Shown piece after piece: positions 1 to 8,800 of a DNA stretch of 64,000 nt. The DNA lies in assembly GCA_030753015.1 (NCBI GenBank), contig JASMDC010000001.1, forward strand, positions 165,467-229,466. The letters are read 5' to 3'. Positions within the stretch are counted from its first letter, which is position 1. The number at the start of each line of letters is the position of its first letter. The stretch comes from Candidatus Undinarchaeales archaeon (GTDB lineage: Archaea; SpSt-1190; JASMDC01). The translations under genes and the position numbers were made by a program. The notes under the pieces are model-generated. The model made no database searches and had not been told where the DNA came from. It saw only the letters and a program-made list of their open reading frames with translations.

Positions 1-238
1 TGCCGTCGAGTTCCTTGATCGCCTTGATCTGGTCGGCGAGGGAGTCGTCCTTCACCGCGCCGCGCACCCAGCTCTCGAAGTCGTTGCGGTTGTCCCGAAG
101 ATGGAAGAGCACGGCCTCGGTCTGGAGCTCTCTGAGGAGGTCACGGAACTCCTCGAGACTGCGAGCGATTGCGACGATGCGGTTGTCATGGGTCTTGAAG
201 TAGAACTCCTTCCCCGGCGGCACAGAGTGCTCTGACAT
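1..238 (-). CDS. DUF5752-like small protein, runs off the window edge
   Basis: Not in the ORF track; hand translation from ATG at 238 gives MSEHSVPPGKEFYFKTHDNRIVAIARSLEEFRDLLRELQTEAVLFHLRDNRNDFESWVRGAVKDDSLADQI, with the F-Y-F...SLEEF...FH...NDFxxWV pattern; TTTTAAAA box about 25 bp upstream. Confidence 0.7.
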   Translation of the reverse strand, partial: MSEHSVPPGKEFYFKTHDNRIVAIARSLEEFRDLLRELQTEAVLFHLRDNRNDFESWVRGAVKDDSLADQIKAIKELDG

Positions 239-554
239 ATTATGACTGTTGATGACAGGGATTTTAAAACCTTTCGACTTAGAGGGCATACGTCCTTTTT
301 TTGATAAATTTTATTAAGAGATTTAGTTACAACATGTAAGAAATACGCCGAAATGCTTAGACCTGAATAGTATTTCCGTTTCTTTACATGTGAGTGAAAA
401 AAGGAAGGTTAATGCAACCTTATGATGTTAAGTTCGCATCTTGCGAGATGTGGGTATGCGACGGGATGTGGCGTGGGGATGCATTTTTTTATGAGCGCCA
501 TCGAGGAAATGAATTTAAATGGTCCCCGATGGGTCTAGAATACCTGTCAGGTGA
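239..554. promoter_or_regulatory. AT-rich divergent promoter region
   Basis: AT-rich spacer between divergent genes with TATA-like elements (TTTTAAAA ~262, AATTTAAA ~512). Confidence 0.5.
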
Positions 555-3500
555 ATGAACATGGTAGAGCTATCTAAATCATCGGTCATCCAAATGGTCG
601 CCGTCCTGTCCGTGATCTTGATGCACACAGGGCTTGCCGCCCTCACGACCACGAGCTCCCAGATGGAGGAGAACTTCTTTTTCGACTTCTCTGAGAACAC
701 CAAGGTCGAAGGGACCGGTGACGTCTACTTCAACTATATGGGGACCTTCATGAACTCGTCAATCATCGACATGGGCGCGGTAACTCTGGACTCGGTGACC
801 GAGGCACCTGACACGGGGTACACCGACAGCGCTACCATCGCTGACGGTCATGTGTATGTCGTCCGCACTGCCGAGGACAACTACGTGAAGTTCCTGATCC
901 ATACGACCGATATGGTCTACATGCTCGATGTCGAGTTCGTCCTCCAGGACGACGGGAGCAGGACGCTGGTGGCGACCGCCGAGCCTACGGCCGAGCCGAC
1001 AGCTGAACCGACGGCCGAACCTACACCTGAGCCAACCCTCGAGGTGAAGGCCGCATCGAAGGAGGAGAAGCTCCGTATCAACAAGAACGAGCCCGTGACC
1101 TTCTGCGGCGTCAACGTCACCTTCACCGGGACCGCTCCGGGGACCGCCCGGGCGGAGTTCTCCGTGCTCGACGCTGAAGGTCAGAGCGACATGTTCTTGG
1201 CGGACTACGACTCGGTCCGCTCGTCCGGCCTCGAGGAACGGTTCGAGGTCGGGGAGATCGTGCTCGTTGTACGCAAGGACTGCATGAACTTCCCTTCATC
1301 TGTCGATATCTACGTGAACCAGTCGGGCACGTGCAGGAAGGAAGAGCTCACCGAGAAGTACAGCGACCTTACCGAGCTCACCTTCAGGACCTCGACCATC
1401 AAGCATCATGAGGGTTCCGGTACCGGGGAGGCCTTCATATTCAGGAAGGGCGTTGTGTACGAGTCATGGTTCCCCGAGGTCGATGGGCTGACAGCGGACT
1501 TCAACTTCAACGGCACCCATATCCGCATCGGTGGTATCAACGGCGTGCTCGCACAAGAGGACGACTTCGACTCAGTGGGCATCGCCACGCCGTCAGGCTA
1601 CCCGTGGGAGAACGTCCCCACGACGGCAGGTGCCGTTTACATATTCCAGACCGCTGACAAGAAGTACGCGAAGCTCGTGGTCAAGGAAGTATCGAACGAA
1701 TCGATGACCTTCAAGTGGGCCTACCAGCCCGATGGCTCGGGGTACTTCTTCGATGTCCCTGATACTGATGACATCCTCGTTGGACAGGATCCCGAGGACG
1801 GTGCAGTGAACGTCTCGTACGCTCTCACAAGAGCACAGCTAATCCTCAACAGGACCTTCTTCGACATGTACATGGGCCTGATGGGCAACAACACCGTCAT
1901 GGCCAGCCACTTCATGAACCTCACGGCGACCATCCTCGAGGACGGTGTCGAGGTCCAAGTGCTCCACGACGTCGACTTCGAGAACGGTACCATCATAGTC
2001 GATCTGACGCAGAGGCTCGATCCCGAGCAGGAGGTCGAACTCCACGTCACGGGATTCCAGGACTCGTGGGACAACACCCTCCTCGACTACCGATGGGGTT
2101 TCACCACCGCCGAGAAGGAGAAGGTGGCGCTCACATGGCTCGAGCTCGGGACCGCTGTCACGGCGACAGCCGAGCCCGGGAAGATGTCATGGTACGGGTT
2201 CAACCTCACCGTTCCCACAGAGGTGAGCATCGCCGTCGATGCCGCTACGGCAGGACCTGTGGCCGCGCTCGTGCTGGACGTGACGTCGCCGGACGCGATC
2301 GTCGAGGTGACCGCTACAGAAGAGGTCGCTCTCACTGTGCTCATCCCCGGGACCTACCTCGTGCGGCTCGCCACCACGGCGACCGAGAGCGCTGATGTGA
2401 CCCTCACCGTATCCGAGTCGGACTCCTGCCCCGAGTGCCTCACCGACGAGGCGGGTAGCACGCCCGACACGGCTGCCACCCTGGCCCTCGGCAAGGAGGA
2501 GATGGGCGTTGTCGCGTGCACAGCCCTGAGCGATACGTGCGATACCGACCTATTCGGGCTCATCCTCATCACCGACTCGAAGATCAGCGTTTCCTTCCAC
2601 GCCAGCGATGCCCATGGCACAGGTTGGAAGTGGACCAAGGCCACCATCGTCGATAGCGAGGGCAACGTCGTCAAGGAGATGGACTCCGGGGGGGACAAGG
2701 AGCGGGAAGAGGTGCTGGAGCTAGCGGCCGGGGCCTACGGCATCAACATCGCATCGAATCCTTCATGGAAGGGCTTCTTCCGCTACGCCCTGCGGGCCGA
2801 CACTGTCGTGGCGTGCGGAGGCGTCGAATGCCCCCCTAACGCTGAGTGCATCGACGACGCCTGCCAGTGTGCGAGCGGTTTCAAGGAGTGCGACGACGCG
2901 TGCATCGCGGACGACCTCTGCTGCGCTGACGCCGACTGCCCTGGAGGTGCATGCCTTGAGAACCGCACGTGCGAGGGTCCGGCAGTCATGCCCGAGATCC
3001 TTGCCAATGCCACCGCCAACGCGACGGCCACACCAACCCCTGAACCGACACCCGAGCCAACGCCCATGCCCACTCCCACGGTGGACGAGCACGGGCTGGA
3101 GCACTTCACGACGAAGATCGGGATCGGCCAGGTGCTCACCCTGGCACCCCTCGGCCTCATGAACGGAGAGGACGCACAACCGGGTGCGGGCGATATCGAA
3201 CTGCTCCCGGGCGGCACGCTCAATGCGCGGTCGGACAAGTCCGGACTGCTCGAGCTCAACGCGACGTCCGTGGAGGACGTCAAGGAAGTGCCCGAGACCG
3301 GATACCGACCTAACCTCACCCTGCGCAAGGGGATGGTGCTCGCAGTGAAGACACAGAAGGGCACCTATGCCATCGGTATCATAACGACCCTGCAGCTCAA
3401 TCCCTCCGTCGAGATCGAGTGGATCCACCAGCCTGACGGCTCACGGTCGGTTGCTCCGCAACCAACCCCGGAACCGCAGACGATCGTCGAGAGTGTCGTG

Positions 3501-5015
3501 ACGACCGTGAAGGAGAAGCCCATTCAGAGCGCGGCAGCAGGAGCAGCCGTCGTGGCTGTCGCCGCGGGGGCCGTCCAGGTGCTCGGAGGGGGAGCTGCAG
3601 CGACCGCCGCCGCGGGCGCAGCTACAGCGGCCGGAGCGGCCACGGCAGCAGCAGGCGCCGCCGGAGCAGCAGGCGCTGCCGGAGCGGCCGGAGCAGCAGG
3701 GGCTGCAAGCGCCACGACCGCCAGCGTCACCAGCGCAATGGCAGCGGGCGCGGGCGTATCGGGCGGTGCCGCGGGCGCTGCCACGACCACGGTAGCTGGT
3801 TCGGCCGCAGCGGGAAGTGCAGCGACCACCGGGGCCGCAGCGGCAGGTAGCGCGGCCACAGGGGCCGCAGCGGCAGGTGCCAGCACTGCGACGGCCGTCG
3901 CCGCATCGACGGGCTCGGCCACGGCGGCAGCATCGGCGGTACAGTCCATCGGTGGACAGGGTATCGCCTTCCTGGCAAAGAAGAAGGCCTACGGCATGGC
4001 CATGAACAAGGTCCAGGACAAGATCAAGGACAAGATGGTGGACAAGGGTGTCGCACACCTTGCCCAGCAGTGCGCAGCTCCTGCCCTCCTGGCGCAAGCG
4101 GAGCAGATGGAGGCCGATGACAAGCAGGACCTCGCCGAGACCTACCGCATAGCAAACCAGATACTCCTTATGTTGTACCGCTCACCGCAGACGTCCCCGG
4201 AGCTCTCCAAGGCCATGTGGGGCGGCGATGTGGACTACGCCAAGCCCATCATCGACATGCTCATCGAGCCGCTGGGCATCCTCGACCAGGATTCCGAGAC
4301 AGGCATCTACGCGATCACGCCCGAGGAGTACCAGCTCATGCACAGATGGGTTCGGGCCGCCGACCTCCAGAACGAGATATCGATCGTGCTGGACGGTCTC
4401 ACCGGCGATGTCGGCCTAGGTACGATCAAGAACATCAAGGAGACGTACCAGACGAAGTGGCGGACGCCCACGGAAGGAGAGGAAGAGGCGGCCGTGATGT
4501 TCGAGGAGCCGCCGGCCTACTTCAAGGAGGAGGACGTGGAGAAGGCCGAGCGGGTCCAGCCGCTGATGGATCCTGTCAAGCGCCGGCTAACGAACTTCCT
4601 CGAGGAGAAGTTGGCCACCGAGCTGTCGCGGCGCAAGTTCTCGGACCTCGCCGGAGAGTGCATGCTCGGCAGCCTGTTCGCCGACCGGTACCGCTCTACG
4701 AACGCTGACATCGCCAAGCAGGTGTCCGACGGCTACCAGCTCGTTCTGACGCTCTACAAGCAGCCTCTCACCGCGGCGGACCTCGACAAGGTCATCTGGA
4801 AGGCAGGCCACGGCAAGGCGGGAGAGTACATGCCCGGCTTCGTCGAGAAGGGCCACATAGTCGTCGACGAGATCACCGGCATCCACTCGCTGAGCCCTGA
4901 CGAGTTCAGGGCCACCGAGTCCTTCCTGCGCCTCACCGGCCTCAAGGGCGTCGTGGAACCCGTCCTGGACATGATGCTCGGGGCCAAGGACTGCCGAGGT
5001 CCTGGAGGGAGATGA
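555..5015 (+). CDS. Giant multidomain membrane-anchored protein: signal peptide, 3 HmuY-like repeats, Ig-like and PPC-like domains, Cys-rich EGF-like segment, long Ala/Gly tract, 2 C-terminal winged-helix-like repeats
   Basis: 1486-aa ORF with hydrophobic N-terminus; three copies of YVVRTAEDNYVKF / YIFQTADKKYAKL / LAVKTQKGTYAIG each ending in Q[DP]DGS; PEDGAVNV Ig-like start; PT/EPT linkers. Confidence 0.8.
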   Translation: MNMVELSKSSVIQMVAVLSVILMHTGLAALTTTSSQMEENFFFDFSENTKVEGTGDVYFNYMGTFMNSSIIDMGAVTLDSVTEAPDTGYTDSATIADGHVYVVRTAEDNYVKFLIHTTDMVYMLDVEFVLQDDGSRTLVATAEPTAEPTAEPTAEPTPEPTLEVKAASKEEKLRINKNEPVTFCGVNVTFTGTAPGTARAEFSVLDAEGQSDMFLADYDSVRSSGLEERFEVGEIVLVVRKDCMNFPSSVDIYVNQSGTCRKEELTEKYSDLTELTFRTSTIKHHEGSGTGEAFIFRKGVVYESWFPEVDGLTADFNFNGTHIRIGGINGVLAQEDDFDSVGIATPSGYPWENVPTTAGAVYIFQTADKKYAKLVVKEVSNESMTFKWAYQPDGSGYFFDVPDTDDILVGQDPEDGAVNVSYALTRAQLILNRTFFDMYMGLMGNNTVMASHFMNLTATILEDGVEVQVLHDVDFENGTIIVDLTQRLDPEQEVELHVTGFQDSWDNTLLDYRWGFTTAEKEKVALTWLELGTAVTATAEPGKMSWYGFNLTVPTEVSIAVDAATAGPVAALVLDVTSPDAIVEVTATEEVALTVLIPGTYLVRLATTATESADVTLTVSESDSCPECLTDEAGSTPDTAATLALGKEEMGVVACTALSDTCDTDLFGLILITDSKISVSFHASDAHGTGWKWTKATIVDSEGNVVKEMDSGGDKEREEVLELAAGAYGINIASNPSWKGFFRYALRADTVVACGGVECPPNAECIDDACQCASGFKECDDACIADDLCCADADCPGGACLENRTCEGPAVMPEILANATANATATPTPEPTPEPTPMPTPTVDEHGLEHFTTKIGIGQVLTLAPLGLMNGEDAQPGAGDIELLPGGTLNARSDKSGLLELNATSVEDVKEVPETGYRPNLTLRKGMVLAVKTQKGTYAIGIITTLQLNPSVEIEWIHQPDGSRSVAPQPTPEPQTIVESVVTTVKEKPIQSAAAGAAVVAVAAGAVQVLGGGAAATAAAGAATAAGAATAAAGAAGAAGAAGAAGAAGAASATTASVTSAMAAGAGVSGGAAGAATTTVAGSAAAGSAATTGAAAAGSAATGAAAAGASTATAVAASTGSATAAASAVQSIGGQGIAFLAKKKAYGMAMNKVQDKIKDKMVDKGVAHLAQQCAAPALLAQAEQMEADDKQDLAETYRIANQILLMLYRSPQTSPELSKAMWGGDVDYAKPIIDMLIEPLGILDQDSETGIYAITPEEYQLMHRWVRAADLQNEISIVLDGLTGDVGLGTIKNIKETYQTKWRTPTEGEEEAAVMFEEPPAYFKEEDVEKAERVQPLMDPVKRRLTNFLEEKLATELSRRKFSDLAGECMLGSLFADRYRSTNADIAKQVSDGYQLVLTLYKQPLTAADLDKVIWKAGHGKAGEYMPGFVEKGHIVVDEITGIHSLSPDEFRATESFLRLTGLKGVVEPVLDMMLGAKDCRGPGGR

Positions 5016-5392
5016 GAGTTCTGGGAGCGAGGTCGAGTAATCCAATAAGAAGCCCAAGAAGAAGGAATAGGGAACGAGTGGCCACGGGTCACACAGTATC
5101 TCGGGCTTTCACCTTAACATGGTGACGTAATTTCGTTACCCGTAAGGCCATCCAGTCGATACCCTTATATGGCAACCACGCCTAAACTCTATCCTGACAG
5201 TAGCTATGGGAATATGTATGTCCCGGAGCTGCCGCCAGATGCGAGAGGTCCCGCAGGTGAGAACAGGACACCCAAAAGACCCCGGACGCACCGTGTGCGA
5301 CGGGAAGAGGGAAAGCTATGGGTGGATCCAGCCAAGGACTAGACCAGGGTGGTAGAGCAAAGGAAGGACGGCGGGAAATCCCCTCCCGTGGT

Positions 5393-5854
5393 GTGCGGAA
5401 GCTTTCCTTCACGCTCCTCCTGCTCGTCCTCCTCACCACTGCAGTGAACAACGCGCCCGTGTCCGGTTTCGGCAAGGCGCTGGACTTTGACGGAACGGAC
5501 GACTTCGTGAGCGTACCGGACCACAGCAGCCTCCAGATCACCGGATCGATCACCGTCGAGGCTTGGATCAGGGCCGCTGCCTGGACGTCTGAGTCCCATG
5601 AAGGCACCATCGTCAGCAAGGAGGAGTGGCCGGACAACGTGCGTAAGGGATACGTCCTCAGGGCGGGGGAGAACGGTAAACTCTCCTTCAGCATCGCGAT
5701 CGGTGACAACTGGCCGGAGGCCGTCTCCTCCCCGATCATGTTCACCCACACGTGGCATCACGTGGCGGGGACCTTCGACGGCACCAACATCAGGGTCTAC
5801 ATCGATGGTACATTACAGAACACCACCGCGGTCCGCGTTCGACAAAGCAGCTGA
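5393..5854 (+). pseudogene. Signal peptide plus truncated LamG/concanavalin A-like domain (5' part of a disrupted giant gene)
   Basis: GTG at 5393 gives RKLSFTLLLLVLLTTA, then ALDFDGTDDFV...ITVEAWI...WHHVAGTFDG...VYIDG; the last LamG strands (IG...F.G.IDE) are missing. Confidence 0.7.
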
Positions 5855-8800
5855 ACGAACTCATCTGGCGAAAGGGAAAAGGCAAGTGCATGCACTTCAT
5901 CCGGGCACTGGCCGCGAAAGGGTACGTAGAGCGCCTTGGCTTCACGGGTTCATATCGCCTCAACGCCGATGAGGGGATGCGCGTGTCGGCCTTCCTGGCC
6001 GCTTCCGGGCTCGGGACCGTTGTCGAGCCGGTCATCGATATGATGCTCGGTGGCCTGGAGGACGTGACACGGGAGAAGGACGTGAGAGGGGTCGAGACCG
6101 CCACGAGCCGCCCGCGCAGGAACAGGTTGTCCATTCTGCTCGACCAGGAGCTCGTGGAGACGCTCTCACAGCGGCCGCCAGAGGGATTGATGGGCGACTG
6201 CCTGCTCTCGCGCCTCTTCCTCCAGCGGCTCCAGGTCGAGGACCCCTCCCTTGCAGATGAGCTCGTCTCAACCTACCAGCTCCTCCTCCTCCTTCAGCAT
6301 GGACCGCTCCTCGCCGGGGAGGCCGACTGGCTACTTTGGGAGGAAGGTGTCGGAAGGGGCGAGAAGTTGCTCAATGGCCTGCTGGAGCGTGGCTACCTCG
6401 ACAAGGAGGCCGCCACCGGCCGCTTCTTCCTCAGCCCCGACGAAAAGGAGCATGACTCGGCCTACCTGATCCGGACCGGTCTCCTGTCCGTCATCGATCC
6501 TGTCCTCGACATGATACTCGGTGTGATCGAGAGGACTCCCGCCGAGGTCGAACCTGTCGTCGCTCCCACGAGTGCTGCGTACCGGCACGCGCACCGTAGC
6601 TTCGCCAACGTCCTCGAGCGCGAGATCAATCGTGGTCTCGCCCGGCTCTCAGCGGAGAGCATCGAGGATAAGTGTCTGTTAGGGAGGTTGTTCACGGACC
6701 GCTCGCGGACGACGAAGGCGGAGGAGCTCCAGAAGTTCGCCGAGGTCTACCGGGGCGTCCTCGTGCTCTACCGGACCCCCGCCACCGCAGAGGAGCTCGA
6801 CCGTGTCCTGTGGGACGAGGGCGAGGGGAAGGGTGCCTCCTATATGGACGCTCTCGTGGCGAAGGGCTATCTGGAGCGTCGTGGTGAGCCCGCACGGGCC
6901 TTCCTGGTACCCGATGAACGGAGGAGGACAATGGCCTACCTCCAGCGCACAGGTCTCGAGGGACGGCTCGTACCCGTGCTCGATATGATGCTCAGGCATG
7001 CGGGCGTGCGACAGCTCCCCGTCCAGATCGTGGAGGAACTGACAAAAGAGCTCCCGCGGCCCCCGACACCTCCGACACCGACAGGCGAACCTGCGCTGTC
7101 ATCGCCGTCAGCCGTGCCGACGCCGCCTACGCCACCTGCCCCTGAGGATGTACAGTTCCCGCCCTCCCGGTTCAAGCCGCCCAAGCGACTGATACCCGAC
7201 AGGTTCAAGCCGCCGAAAGCGCCGGAAGAGCCGGACAGGTTCAAACCACCGAAGGGCCGGACGCTCCCGGAGGTACCTGCTCCGATCGAGGTGATCGAAC
7301 CGACAGTCGTGCCAACACCACCTACCCCACCGACCGTGCCAACACCACCTACCCCACCGACCGTGTCGACGCCACCCACCCCGCCGACCGTGCCGACGCC
7401 ACCCACCCCGCCGACCGTGCTGACGCCACCTGCCACAGAGGAGTTTCCGTCCCCACCCACTCGGTTCAAGCCGCCCAAGCGTCCGACGCTTGACAGGTTC
7501 AAGCCGCCGAAGATGCCGAGCCAGCCGGACCAGTTCAAACCACCGAAGGGCCGGGCGCTCCAGGAGGCACTTGCTCCTGCTGAGGCTGTCGTGCCAGTGC
7601 AGGAATCCAGGGCCCGAACCCGCCTATCGCTCGACCTCGACGAGCGGCTCTTGGCAGCGGTCCCCCGGCTCACGGGAGATGCGCTCAGCGATCCGTCCCT
7701 GGTAGCGAAGGTGCTCGCCGACGGCTCCAAGGTAACAGATGGAGGGCTAAAGGCAACGCTATCCGAGCTTGTGCAGGTGCTGCTCCTGCTCGACCGCGGC
7801 CCCATCGCTGAGGATGACCTTGACCAAGCTGTCTGGGAGGATAGCGGCAGGGCACACATGTGTCTTTCGGCGCTGGCTGAGACAGGCCATGTAGAGCGTA
7901 TGGGAAGGACGGGCCGATACGTCCTCGCGGTGGACCAGCGACGAATGACCGGGAAGTTACTCGAGCGCACCGGCCTCAGGGATTTAGTGAATCCAGTGCT
8001 CGACGAGATGGTCAGGAGAGTACGTGAGCGGCCGCGACCGAAGGTCAAGGCACCTCCCCGGGAGACCGTGCAGAAGGAGAAGAAGGACGTCCCCCTACCC
8101 GAGAAGGTCGTGCGCGAGGTCGCCAGGCTGGTAGCGGCCAACACCTACGCCAACATAATCGAGCGCGAGCTGAACCGGGCCTTGACAAAGCTCCCATTAA
8201 AGGCCCTGAAGGGCGAATGCCTCCTATCCAAGCTGTTCCGTGAGCGGATCAGTGCCACCGATGTTGAGAGCATGTGTAAGCTGGCAGAGGTGTACCGCGT
8301 CCATCTGGTGATCTACCGGACCCCGGTCACAGCAGACCAGCTCGACCGTGTCCTCTGGGGCGAGGGGGCCGGCAAGGGCGTGTACTACCTTGAGGCGCTG
8401 AAACTGAAGGGCTACGCCGAGCGGGACGAGAACGGCCGCTATGCTATGTTGCCCGAAGAGCGAGAGGCGATCGGATCGTTCCTGGACCGCACGGGTCTCG
8501 ATGAGCGGCTCGTTCCCGTTGTCGACATGATGCTCGGTCATTCCGGGATGAGGCCCGCGCCTGCTATCACTCGGCCAGCAAAGGTGGTCGCTCCACCGAA
8601 GCCACCGAGACCGAGGAAGCTCCCATCCCCACCGAAACCTCCGAGGCCGAAGGACGTTATTCCACCACCCGAGAAGAAGGTAGTCCAACCATCTAAGCCC
8701 CCACGTCCCCGTCTGCTGGAGCGCCCACCCTCTCCGCCCAAGGTCGAGAAGGTAACACCTTCTAAGGTTCTCCGTCCCCGTCTGCTGGAGCGCCCGCCCT

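Noticed and set aside
4990-5040. Alternative-frame tail TAEVLEGDESSGSEVE* suggesting a frameshift at the end of the 1486-aa gene
   Set aside because: Too short to distinguish from chance and changes only the last few residues; needs reads
5752-5820. ORF-track N-terminus MASRGGDLRRHQHQ of the 1444-aa protein
   Set aside because: It is the alternate frame of the LamG coding sequence, not a real start
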